DNA of 64,000 nt, from the NCBI GenBank assembly GCA_019322815.1, contig JAHWIB010000001.1:154-64153 (forward strand), read 5' to 3'. The stretch is from Candidatus Woesearchaeota archaeon (GTDB taxonomy: Archaea > Nanobdellota > Nanobdellia > Woesearchaeales > WJKL01). Made by a program: the position numbers and the translations under genes. Shown here in pieces: positions 38,917 through 47,988 of this stretch. The notes under the pieces were generated by a model. That model ran no database searches and was not told the origin of the DNA. It saw nothing but the letters and a program-made list of their open reading frames with translations. The stretch's first letter is position 1, and each line of letters starts with the position of its first letter.

Positions 38917-39855
38917 ATGGCAAAAAAAGAGGTTCAAAAGAGAAGTAAATGGAAATCAATCATAATTATTTTAGTAACTTTATTTATAATAAGCTGGTTG
39001 TTCTCATCTGTAATATCTTCATTTTTAGGTGCAGATACAGGATTGAGAGGCAATGTTGCATTGATTCCGATAAAAGGTACAATAACGATAGAAGGCATCT
39101 CTTCATTTGGAGAAAAAGGCACCAGTTCAACTGAAGTTATTGAATATATCAAAGATGCAGATGCAAACCCTTCAATTAAAGCGATTCTTTTTGAGATAAA
39201 CTCTCCTGGAGGCAGTGCTGTAGCTTCAAAAGAGATAGCAGATGCTGTTTCAAGAACAAATAAAACAACTTACGCTTTAATTAGAGAAGTAGGAGCATCA
39301 GGAGCATATTGGATAGCTTCTTCAACAGACCATATAATTGCCAATGAATTATCAATAACCGGTTCAATTGGAGTCATAGCTTCTTACATAGAATTTGCAG
39401 GATTGTTAGAAAGATATAATATGTCTTACCAAAGATTAGTAGCTGGCCAGTATAAAGATCTAGGAACTCCTTTTAAATATCTTCCTGATGATGAAAAAGA
39501 AATCTTGCAAGATAAGTTAAACAAAATCCATGACTATTTTATTGAGAGTGTAGCTGAGAATAGGGATATGCCAGTAGAAAAATTAAAGGAAATTGCCACA
39601 GGAGAATTTTATCTTGGTTCTGAAGCTCTTGAATTAGGGTTGATAGATTCATTTGGAGACAAAGAAACAGCTGTTGAATTAATCAAACAGCAGCTCAATC
39701 TGACAGAAGTCGAATTTGCAGAATATAAAAGACCAAAAACATTTATAGAATCTCTTTTAGGAGCATTTTCTGAAAATTTCTTTTTTATAGGAAAAGGGAT
39801 AGGATCTGCTTTGACAGAACAAAAAACAACTAACCGATTAGAGATATTTACATAA
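38917..39855 (+). CDS. sppA: Signal peptide peptidase SppA (36K type)
   Basis: 312 aa. N-terminal TM segment and ClpP/crotonase-fold motifs (AILFEINSPGGSAVASKEIADAV...GASGAYWIASSTDHIIANELSITGSIGV). Confidence 0.75.
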   Translation: MAKKEVQKRSKWKSIIIILVTLFIISWLFSSVISSFLGADTGLRGNVALIPIKGTITIEGISSFGEKGTSSTEVIEYIKDADANPSIKAILFEINSPGGSAVASKEIADAVSRTNKTTYALIREVGASGAYWIASSTDHIIANELSITGSIGVIASYIEFAGLLERYNMSYQRLVAGQYKDLGTPFKYLPDDEKEILQDKLNKIHDYFIESVAENRDMPVEKLKEIATGEFYLGSEALELGLIDSFGDKETAVELIKQQLNLTEVEFAEYKRPKTFIESLLGAFSENFFFIGKGIGSALTEQKTTNRLEIFT

Positions 39856-39865
39856 AAGGCTTAGT

Positions 39866-39985
39866 AGAAAATCTCACCCTTTTGGGTCAGTGAGCGTTGA
39901 AAAGGTTCGTGAGACTGCTCAACTCTAGTGCAATATTATGCGAAGCCTGAAGGTTGCACGTAGCGAACGAGAGATTTTCTACAGG
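39866..39985. ncRNA. GC-rich structured element of about 120 nt closed by a 12-bp terminal helix (GTAGAAAATCTC...GAGATTTTCTAC); identity unknown
   Basis: An intergenic GC-rich island in AT-rich DNA. Internal hairpins include CTCAC..GTGAG, GAGC..GCTC and GTGCAA..TTGCAC, the last containing a GCGAAGC mini-hairpin. The strand is undetermined. Confidence 0.3.
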
Positions 39986-40036
39986 ATCTACATAAAAGAA
40001 AAATTTAAATATTCTCTTTAAATAATAGACAATAAG

Positions 40037-40936
40037 ATGTGCTTTTATAACTATAAATTTAGAAGTTTAATTCCTTCTTCAGTATTATCTTGGAGTATAG
40101 AAAAAGATACAGATAAATTGAAAACAAATCTTGATTCTATAAATGAAATATTTTCAAAAACTAATAAAATATTTGAGAACCTAAAAAAAGCTAATACAGA
40201 ATTGACAAAACTTGCAGTTCAGTCAACACGGCTTAAGGAAAAACAAAAATTAAAGGATATGTATAAGGAAAAAGAGGAAATAGTATTAAAGATAAATAAG
40301 TCTATTGCATTCAATACAGCAAGACTCTTTAATAGAATAGATTTTGCTGTTAAAATCCTGGAAAAAATAGTATTTAATGCAGATGCTTTTTTATACAAAG
40401 AAAGCAAAAGATTAAATAAATTCATCACTAAAATAGAAAAATTAGATGATAAAAAACTTTCTCAGGCATTATTAAATAAAATAGAGCTGGTGAAAGAGGA
40501 CATTAAGACAACAGCAAGAAGATTATATGAAATATCAAGAGCAGGAGAAGAAATTCTGGAAAAATATCCTGAAGAAAAATCAAAAAAAATAGATATATCT
40601 GAAGAAATTAAGAAATTAGAGATAGAAGCAGCTGATATGGAAAAAACTCTGAAGCATCTGGCTGTTACTGAAATTGACCATATATATACAAATGCTGAAA
40701 AATTATTAGAAGATCTAAGAAGAATTGAGCTTGATGCAGTATCAGACATGCCAAAACTTGAAATGCATTTTACAAATATTAATTCCCATCTTTATTTGTT
40801 AGATAATGAAATAAGATTATCTATTAAAAAAAGATCAAATTCTTCAAAAGAAAATTTTACAAAAATAAAGAAAAAAATAGCAGAGCATGCAAAAAATTTA
40901 TTGCAGGATATAGAAATCGTAAAAAAAATAAAGTAA
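40037..40936 (+). CDS. Hypothetical coiled-coil protein (299 aa)
   Basis: Lys/Glu-rich with long heptad-like stretches. The start codon is uncertain. Confidence 0.35.
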   Translation: MCFYNYKFRSLIPSSVLSWSIEKDTDKLKTNLDSINEIFSKTNKIFENLKKANTELTKLAVQSTRLKEKQKLKDMYKEKEEIVLKINKSIAFNTARLFNRIDFAVKILEKIVFNADAFLYKESKRLNKFITKIEKLDDKKLSQALLNKIELVKEDIKTTARRLYEISRAGEEILEKYPEEKSKKIDISEEIKKLEIEAADMEKTLKHLAVTEIDHIYTNAEKLLEDLRRIELDAVSDMPKLEMHFTNINSHLYLLDNEIRLSIKKRSNSSKENFTKIKKKIAEHAKNLLQDIEIVKKIK

Positions 40937-40947
40937 AAAAAGAGAAT

Positions 40948-41241
40948 TTATCTCTTTTTCTTAGCAGCTTTCTTCTTTGAAGTTTTCTTAGCTTTCTTCT
41001 TAGCCTTCTTCTTTTTGCCGCCTCTTACCATCTTTGCACAAGAAACATCTCCTTGTTTGTCAATGAAGTATAGAAATCCTGGTTTTTTCTTAACGCCTAC
41101 TTTTGATACAACTTGAATTTTTGCTTTTCCTTTTTTCTTTCCTCTTGCCATCTTTGCTCTTGCTACATTGCCTTTCTTGTCTATAAAATATAGATATCCT
41201 TTTTCTTTCTTAACACCAACTTTTGCTACTTTTGTTGCCAT
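40948..41241 (-). CDS. Small highly basic protein with two tandem 40-aa repeats (candidate nucleic-acid-binding or chromatin protein)
   Basis: The first repeat (KVGVKKEKGYLYFIDKKGNVARAKMARGKKK) is mirrored by the second (KVGVKKKPGFLYFIDKQGDVSCAKMVRGGKKK), followed by a poly-Lys tail. Confidence 0.5.
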   Translation of the reverse strand: MATKVAKVGVKKEKGYLYFIDKKGNVARAKMARGKKKGKAKIQVVSKVGVKKKPGFLYFIDKQGDVSCAKMVRGGKKKKAKKKAKKTSKKKAAKKKR

Positions 41242-41360
41242 TTTTGTTTAACACCCCGTTTAGTTTTTTAGACGAGAATTCGTCTTGTTTCATTCTATAA
41301 AAATTTTTAAGTATTTAAATATTTCGTTTTGTTTCCGTCAATAATTCGTCCAGAAATTCA

Positions 41361-42536
41361 CTATTTTACAATTATATATAACCTGTCATTCTTTCTTGCA
41401 GGCTTTTCTAACTTTACAGCAATTACATTTCCTTTCTTGGCTTGTTTTATTTTTTTGTGCTTGACCTCAATTGATTGTAATTTTTGCTCATAAACTCCAG
41501 TTGTAGGCCCTTGAATCATTATTTTATCTCCTATCTTCAATCTTTTTGTTTCTATTTTTACTTCAGCGACATTTATTCTACTGTAAAAATGTATTATTTT
41601 ACCAATATAGACTTTTTTTGTAGTTGCTTTGCTTCCATAAATATCTGCCCAGTCATCTTTTGTGGGAGTTCCTAAGAAAAATCCTGTGCTGAATCCTCTG
41701 TTATAGACTGTTCTTAATTTTTCTAATAATCTTTTCTTGTCTGATTCCTTATTGTCAATTGCCTCTCTATAAACCTCTGTAACTGTTTTGACATATTCCG
41801 GAGATCTATTCCTCCCTTCTATCTTAAATGCATCAATTCCTGCCTTGATCAGTTTATCAATTATTGGCAAAGCACACAAATCTTTTGGGGACATCACAAA
41901 ATTATTTCCTAATTTTAACTGCTTTCCCTCTTCATCCATTATAATATATTCTCTTCTGCATGGTTGCAGGCATTCTCCTCTATTTGCTGATTTCTTAAAT
42001 TCAAATTGAGATATAAAACACCTTCCAGATACAGAGACACACATTGCTCCATGAATAAATACCTCTAATTCTAGATCAGGAACTTCTTTTTTTATTTTCT
42101 TTATATCACTTAAACTGCACTCTCTTGCTAAGATTATTCTTTTCACTCCTAATTTTTTGTAGAATTTAGCAGCTTCTGAATTAGATACAGAAACCTGTGT
42201 AGATAAATGTATAGGAATCTTTAATTTCAATGCTTCCTTAATAACAGACATATCCCATGCATGGATTGCATCAATCTTTACTTGCTTAACTTTCTTCAAA
42301 ATACTTTTTATCTTATTAATCTCATTCTCATAAATGATCGTATTCAATGTTAAATAGGCTTTAACCTTATTTTTATGACACAACTCAACAACTTTCCTTA
42401 GTTCAGCTAATTTAAAATTCTTTGCAGCAACTCTCATGCTGAATTCTTTCAGTCCAAAATAAACAGCATCAGCTCCAGCATCAATTGCTGCTCTTAATGA
42501 TACAAAATCCTGCACAGGACTTAAGAGTTCAGCCAT
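41361..42536 (-). CDS. Peptidase U32 family protein
   Basis: 391 aa. N-terminal U32 signature (ELLSPVQDFVSLRAAIDAGADAVYFGLKEFSMR) and Cys-containing segments (GAMCVSVSGRCFIS). Confidence 0.75.
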   Translation of the reverse strand: MAELLSPVQDFVSLRAAIDAGADAVYFGLKEFSMRVAAKNFKLAELRKVVELCHKNKVKAYLTLNTIIYENEINKIKSILKKVKQVKIDAIHAWDMSVIKEALKLKIPIHLSTQVSVSNSEAAKFYKKLGVKRIILARECSLSDIKKIKKEVPDLELEVFIHGAMCVSVSGRCFISQFEFKKSANRGECLQPCRREYIIMDEEGKQLKLGNNFVMSPKDLCALPIIDKLIKAGIDAFKIEGRNRSPEYVKTVTEVYREAIDNKESDKKRLLEKLRTVYNRGFSTGFFLGTPTKDDWADIYGSKATTKKVYIGKIIHFYSRINVAEVKIETKRLKIGDKIMIQGPTTGVYEQKLQSIEVKHKKIKQAKKGNVIAVKLEKPARKNDRLYIIVK

Positions 42537-43243
42537 TTTCTCACAAATTCAACTTCTTTTTTATATTCTCTAATATCTTCTGTTCCTATTTGTGATTCAA
42601 GAACTATTGGAAAATTTCCTTTTTTGATAATATTCAATGGTTTTAAATATTCTTCCTTTAACACGTGCAGAGGGATATGTAGATGATTGAAATAATTTGC
42701 ACTAAGATGAGTATAAACAATTTTTTTCTTAAAAATTTTTAATAGTTTGTTTAATTCATTTGCTTCAGAAGCATGTGTTGTATCTAGTACAAGCTTGAAT
42801 CCTTTTTTTAAAAATTTTTTATAATCCTTTATCTTGAATTCATGATGCATCTCCATATTTTCAATGCTATAATTATAATTTTTCATATCAAAAACTCTAA
42901 AGTCTTCAATTTGCTGAGGATGAATATTAATATTAACAGCATTCATCTTATCATAAATTTCATGAAGTTTTTTCAATATCCTTTTGCTTCTTTTATTATT
43001 TGAAAAAAATAATATTTCTTTGTCTAAATGAAAAGGAGCGTGGATTGTATTGAATTTAAGATTTTTTAAAATTTTAATAGAACTTTTTTTTAATCTAAAT
43101 GTTAGTAAATCAAGAGCATCTCCTATCAAAAATTCAATTCCATCAATATCTAGTTTAGAAGCCTGTCTTATATACCTATTAACATCTTCACGTTCATGGG
43201 GATTCCAGAAACATCCTTTTGATATGCAGATTAATCTCTTCAT
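42521..43243 (-). CDS. Hypothetical protein (240 aa), possibly a TIM-barrel sugar-phosphate isomerase/endonuclease-2-like fold
   Basis: ORF only. It overlaps the U32 gene start by 16 nt. Confidence 0.3.
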   Translation of the reverse strand: MKRLICISKGCFWNPHEREDVNRYIRQASKLDIDGIEFLIGDALDLLTFRLKKSSIKILKNLKFNTIHAPFHLDKEILFFSNNKRSKRILKKLHEIYDKMNAVNINIHPQQIEDFRVFDMKNYNYSIENMEMHHEFKIKDYKKFLKKGFKLVLDTTHASEANELNKLLKIFKKKIVYTHLSANYFNHLHIPLHVLKEEYLKPLNIIKKGNFPIVLESQIGTEDIREYKKEVEFVRKWLNS

Positions 43244-43384
43244 TCTTCTTCTTTTCTTAATTCTTGAAGTACGCTTCCTTCATCATCTAAGATCTCTTCA
43301 TTATCTTTTTTAAAAGGATCATTATCTTGATTTTGTAAATATTTAGGAATTTTGATTTCAATCCATTTCTCATATTTTTTGAAT

Positions 43385-44035
43385 CTATTTGTAAATCTTT
43401 TCCACCAAGTCATAATTTATAACACCCTTTTTTCCATCAGCAAATCTAGGACATGCTGTATTAACCCAGCATTCAATAAATGGAAAGTTTTCAAATTCAG
43501 CAGGATTGATAGTGTCTGTTAAGAATATATGGCAACTTTTATCTTTTAATCTCTTTTTAAATTCCAAGGCTTTTTTTAATTTGTTTTGCCCAGGTTTTGT
43601 TGAAACAATAACTCCTATTTCTTTTGAAGACAAAAATTTTAGTAAAGCTCCTTTTTGTTGTCTTTTAATCTTTTCAATTTCATCTTTTTCTAATAATTTT
43701 GCTTCATTTGTCAAAGGATTTGCCATTATTACTTTTTTATCAGTTTCTAGATGAACTTCAATTGGATGAAATCTTCCGCTTCCAACATATAAAAAAGCAT
43801 CAACTTTATCTTTAATCTTTCTGGCAGAACTCGCATCACAGCCTAATATCTGCCCTCCAATCTCTGCTTTGATTTGATTTTTCTCAAGAATTTCTTTGAC
43901 TTCCTTTAACTTATGTTTGTGTTGTGCAGTTGTCACAATACCAACCTTCTTAGGCAATAATTTTATAGCTTTTTCTACTGCTTTCTTAACATCTGCAGTA
44001 CTTTTTGCTTCAATAAACATCACCCTCATATACAA
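43385..44035 (-). CDS. dph2: Diphthamide synthase Dph2 homolog lacking the N-terminal domain (216 aa)
   Basis: Strong similarity in pattern to domains 2-3 of archaeal Dph2 (VGIVTTAQHKHKLKEVKEIL...ILGCD...FLYVGSGRFHP...GVIVSTKPGQ...FPFIECWVNTACPRF). About 110-120 N-terminal residues, including the first cluster-ligand Cys region, are absent. There is no room for them upstream. Confidence 0.6.
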   Translation of the reverse strand: MYMRVMFIEAKSTADVKKAVEKAIKLLPKKVGIVTTAQHKHKLKEVKEILEKNQIKAEIGGQILGCDASSARKIKDKVDAFLYVGSGRFHPIEVHLETDKKVIMANPLTNEAKLLEKDEIEKIKRQQKGALLKFLSSKEIGVIVSTKPGQNKLKKALEFKKRLKDKSCHIFLTDTINPAEFENFPFIECWVNTACPRFADGKKGVINYDLVEKIYK

Positions 44036-44073
44036 AAAAAGAAAGAAAAAAGCCTTTTTAAGGCTTTGGTTTT

Positions 44074-45015
44074 TTATTCTACCAAGACCTGGTCATATTT
44101 TGGTTCTGGCATCACTTTAATGTCCTGCTGTACAATTGTTCTTGTACATTCTTCAACTATCTTGTTGTATGTTTCAACTAATTTTGAAACAGGGACATAC
44201 TCTTTTCCATCTCTTTGTCTTGTAAATCCTTCTTCTGGTTCATCAATCATATTGATGATGAATTTTGCAGCTTCTCCATATTTAACATCTTTTTTAGGAG
44301 CAGTCACAACCATAAAGATATAATCTCCAACCTCAAACAAATCATATTGAGTTTCTGCAGGTATATTATCTTTACTGTAACCAGTTGTTTCTTTTAGAGA
44401 TTTTTTGAATGGATTAACAACATTCTTTCCTAATAACTTCAATTGTTCTTTTGCAATTCTATAGGTTTTTGCATTTTCTCCTGTTACTTCTCCATAAGTT
44501 CCAGGTTCTAGATCTAACATTCTGCTTAGATCTGGCTCTTTCCTCATCTCAGAATAACTTATGCTTGTTCTTGAGCCTTTGTTTGCAAATTCTTCTTCCA
44601 ATCCTTCTATCTTTGCTGTTAAATCATCTAACAGAAGATATGCTTCTCCATCAATTGTTCTTACTCCCTCTCTTCTCATTCCTTCTTCATTTAATCCCTG
44701 TATATCTGTTAGATATTGCCCGATCCTTTCTCCTATTGCCTGATAACTAGGATTGCTTGTAGGAGTTTGTTTTACCTTGAACTCAATGCTTCCTCTTTTT
44801 AGTCTTTTTTCTCTTGTTTTTTTAGGTATCTTTCCATCAAATCCTAATTCTTCCTTCAATGCATCTTCAAATTCACTAACAACTCCTTTTAATACAGGCA
44901 CACTATATCTTTCTGCTGTATAGAACAGCTGAGCATTTTCTCTTGTTAGTGTGCTGCATTCTACATCTTCTGGTACTATTGCCACCCTTAAACTTTTTAT
45001 TCTTTTTATTTCCAT
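44074..45015 (-). CDS. Hypothetical acidic protein (313 aa)
   Basis: ORF only. Confidence 0.4.
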   Translation of the reverse strand: MEIKRIKSLRVAIVPEDVECSTLTRENAQLFYTAERYSVPVLKGVVSEFEDALKEELGFDGKIPKKTREKRLKRGSIEFKVKQTPTSNPSYQAIGERIGQYLTDIQGLNEEGMRREGVRTIDGEAYLLLDDLTAKIEGLEEEFANKGSRTSISYSEMRKEPDLSRMLDLEPGTYGEVTGENAKTYRIAKEQLKLLGKNVVNPFKKSLKETTGYSKDNIPAETQYDLFEVGDYIFMVVTAPKKDVKYGEAAKFIINMIDEPEEGFTRQRDGKEYVPVSKLVETYNKIVEECTRTIVQQDIKVMPEPKYDQVLVE

Positions 45016-45080
45016 TTTTACCTACCTCCAATTAAAATATTTAGAAACAAATTTGCGAGCACTAACCAAAAACAATCCGC

Positions 45081-45176
45081 TCAAATCATCTTTTTATCTT
45101 TCAATGCCGCGCAGTTTATGCAGAGAGAATCTTTATCTCCGATGTTCACTCTCCCACAAACAGGGCATTTTTTCAT
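45081..45176 (-). CDS. 31-aa C4 zinc-ribbon peptide (unannotated small ORF)
   Basis: MKKCPVCGRVNIGDKDSLCINCAALKDKKMI has a CxxC-x14-CxxC spacing. It lies in the intergenic region upstream of 44074-45015. Confidence 0.25.
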   Translation of the reverse strand: MKKCPVCGRVNIGDKDSLCINCAALKDKKMI

Positions 45177-45267
45177 TTTATAGGTTATATAGTGAAAGTT
45201 TGATATAAATAATATTCCTCCTAAAAAGGAGGAAAACTTTATATAGGAGTAAATCTTACTTTACTGT

Positions 45268-46002
45268 ATGAATGTAAAAATATTAGAAAATATGGGATTA
45301 ACAAAGAATGAAGTAAAGGTTTACCTAGCTCTGCTGGAATTAGGTACAACCACAACAGGGCCTTTAGCAAAAAAATCAGAGCTTCATACTTCTAGAATAT
45401 ACGAATCTCTGACTAAATTAATAGAAAAAGGATTAGTAAGCTTTGTTATTAAAGCAAACAGAAAACACTATTCTGCAGCTAATCCAGACATAATCTTAGA
45501 TATTTTAGAAAAGGAAAAAAGAGACATTGTATCTATACTGCCTGAATTAAAATTAATGCATAAACATAAGCCAGGTGAAGAAAAAGTTACAATGTTTGAA
45601 GGATACAAAGGAGTAAAATCAGTCTATGATAATATTGTAAGAACATTAAATAAAGGAGATGAAATCCTTGTTTTCGGAGCAAGAGGAGCAGACGAATCAT
45701 TTATGTCAAATACATTCTTCATAGAATATACAAAAAGAAGAGTTGCAAAAGGCATAAAGATGAAGATGATATTTAATGCAGATGCCAGAGAAACAGGCAA
45801 ATATTATTCTAAACTCCAAAATACTGAAGTTAAATATATGCCTAAAAACATGAAAACACCAGCAGCAGTAGATATCTATGGAAATAATGTAGGAACTTTA
45901 ATCCTAAAACCAAAACCAATGGTTTTCTTAATAACCTCAAAAGAAGTTGCTGATTCTTACAAAGAATTTTTTAAATTGTTTTGGAGGATTTGTAAAAAAT
46001 AA
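45268..46002 (+). CDS. TrmB-family transcriptional regulator
   Basis: N-terminal wHTH of the TrmB type (LTKNEVKVYLALLELGTTTTGPLAKKSELHTSRIYESLTKLIEKGLV). 244 aa. Confidence 0.7.
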   Translation: MNVKILENMGLTKNEVKVYLALLELGTTTTGPLAKKSELHTSRIYESLTKLIEKGLVSFVIKANRKHYSAANPDIILDILEKEKRDIVSILPELKLMHKHKPGEEKVTMFEGYKGVKSVYDNIVRTLNKGDEILVFGARGADESFMSNTFFIEYTKRRVAKGIKMKMIFNADARETGKYYSKLQNTEVKYMPKNMKTPAAVDIYGNNVGTLILKPKPMVFLITSKEVADSYKEFFKLFWRICKK

Positions 46003-46017
46003 TAAAAAGAAAATAAT

Positions 46018-47025
46018 CTATTGATATCTCTGAGCAACTAATTCTCCAATCTGTACAGCATTTAATGCAGCTCCTTTATCAATTTGATCTCCGCAGACAA
46101 AGAAACTTAATCCTTTATCTCCAAATGCTAAATCTCTTCTTATTCTTCCAACTTCAACATCATATTTTCCAGTTGCTGTCAAAGGCATTGGATAAACATT
46201 TCTGCCAGGATCATCTCTGACTTCAATTCCAGATGTTTTTCCAAATATTTCTACAACTCTTTCCAAATCAATAATCTTCTCAGTCTCAACTGTAATGCTT
46301 TCAGCATGAGCCCTGTCTGTAGGTATTCTCACAGCAGTGCAGGAAATCAATATCTTTTCATCCCCAAATATTTTTCTTGTTTCCCAAACAACTTTCATTT
46401 CTTCTTTAGTATATCCATTAGGCTGAAATTCATCAATATGAGGAATAACATTGAATGCTAAAGGATATTGAAATTCTTTGCAGAAAAGCTCTTCTCCATC
46501 AAGATACAATTCAGCTTGTTCCTTAAGCTCATTCCTGGCAGCTTTTCCAGCTCCGCTTGCAGCTTGATATGTAGAAATTACAACTCTTTTTAATCCAAAA
46601 TTCTGATAAATCTGCCATAAAGGTATTGTAGCAATAGCTGTTGTGCAGTTTGGATTTGCTATTAATCTGGAATCACCGATAGCCTGAGGATTTATCTCTG
46701 GGATTACTAATGGAACTTCTTTATCATATCTAAAAGTAGATGAATTATCAATTATATAACATCCTGCCTCAACAGCTTTTGGTGCATTTTCTTTTGGCCA
46801 TTTTTTTCCTATTGCAAAAAAAGCTAATTCTAATTCAGAATAATCAGCTGTATTTGCATCTTCAACAATCTTTTCTCCAAAAGGAGTATTAACCCTGGTT
46901 CCAGCAGACTGTCCTGCATAAACTCTCAAATTTTTAACAGGAAATCTTCTATCATAAAGGACTTTCAGCAGTTCCTGCCCAACCATCCCAGTTGCTCCGA
47001 ATACTCCAACATTTAATTTTTTCAT
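46018..47025 (-). CDS. asd: Aspartate-semialdehyde dehydrogenase
   Basis: 335 aa. NAD-binding N-terminus (VGVFGATGMVGQELL) and active-site region (NPNCTTAIATIPL). Confidence 0.85.
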   Translation of the reverse strand: MKKLNVGVFGATGMVGQELLKVLYDRRFPVKNLRVYAGQSAGTRVNTPFGEKIVEDANTADYSELELAFFAIGKKWPKENAPKAVEAGCYIIDNSSTFRYDKEVPLVIPEINPQAIGDSRLIANPNCTTAIATIPLWQIYQNFGLKRVVISTYQAASGAGKAARNELKEQAELYLDGEELFCKEFQYPLAFNVIPHIDEFQPNGYTKEEMKVVWETRKIFGDEKILISCTAVRIPTDRAHAESITVETEKIIDLERVVEIFGKTSGIEVRDDPGRNVYPMPLTATGKYDVEVGRIRRDLAFGDKGLSFFVCGDQIDKGAALNAVQIGELVAQRYQ

Positions 47026-47849
47026 ACAAGCACCTCCTCATGTAAAATAATAGTTCCTCCTTTGCCGATTTCAGTTTCACAATGCTGAATTCTGAACCTG
47101 TTTCCATTCATGCTGGATAAGCATCTTTCATCAAGAACCTTTCCGCAGCCTTTTGCCAGCAATTCAGCTGAATTTATCTCTTGAATTAATCTTGCTCTAT
47201 CTGTTCCAAAGTTTTCATAAACTCCATCTACATCTTTAAGATAAACAACTTCTTTTACTCTTGGATCCAATAACCCAATTAAAGCAGCAACATAATCAGA
47301 AGCATTTCTTCCTAACAATACTTTTTCTTTATGATGGTTCTGGGCCCCGAAACCAGGTACTAAAATAATTCTGCTTTCTAAACCATCTAATGTAGTTTTA
47401 TCACAAGCTCCAAAATCTACGTCAGCATGCAGATATCTTCCATTAGCAGTTATAGGAAAATTAACTCCTTGAATCAATAATTCAGGATAAATTCCCAGCT
47501 TTCTTAACTCTCTTTCAAATCTTTTTATAGAATCAATCTCCCCGCTCAATAGATGGCTTGCAACATAATGACGATCAAATCTTTCAATATCTTTTGGATT
47601 GCTGTAATCTCCTTGTTTCAATAATCTTCTAAGTGATTCTCTCTCCTCTGGTGTTCTGCATAATTCTCCTGCTAACTCATCTGTATGCCCTTTTCTTGCA
47701 GACGAAACAACATAAACTCTTTCTTTATCCTTACTGAATTCAGCGATTCTCTTTGCTTGGTAAGCATAAGCTTCATCGCTTTTAAGAACACTTCCGCCTA
47801 TTTTAAGCACATACTGTTCTCTATCCGGGTTATTATCAGCTGAACTCAT
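47022..47849 (-). CDS. Amino-acid kinase family protein, probable minimal aspartokinase (no ACT domains)
   Basis: 275 aa. Kinase N-terminus (VLKIGGSVL). It sits between asd and dapA. At 275 aa it is too short to include ACT regulatory domains. Confidence 0.5.
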   Translation of the reverse strand: MSSADNNPDREQYVLKIGGSVLKSDEAYAYQAKRIAEFSKDKERVYVVSSARKGHTDELAGELCRTPEERESLRRLLKQGDYSNPKDIERFDRHYVASHLLSGEIDSIKRFERELRKLGIYPELLIQGVNFPITANGRYLHADVDFGACDKTTLDGLESRIILVPGFGAQNHHKEKVLLGRNASDYVAALIGLLDPRVKEVVYLKDVDGVYENFGTDRARLIQEINSAELLAKGCGKVLDERCLSSMNGNRFRIQHCETEIGKGGTIILHEEVLV

Positions 47850-47988
47850 TTTCTTAGAAATGATTTAAAGAAAAAATGAGAAGCTTACTGCTTCATCATT
47901 GTTTTAGTCATACCTTTAGTAGAATCAGTTCCTATATCCATCTTTTGACTAAAACAATTCATTTTAAAACAAAAAACAATGCTTTTAT

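Noticed and set aside
39866-39985. 5S rRNA identity for the 120-nt GC-rich element
   Set aside because: The length and terminal helix fit, but there are three internal hairpins rather than the two-arm 5S topology. Loop C (CCGAAC) and loop E consensus are absent. It is left as an unknown structured element.
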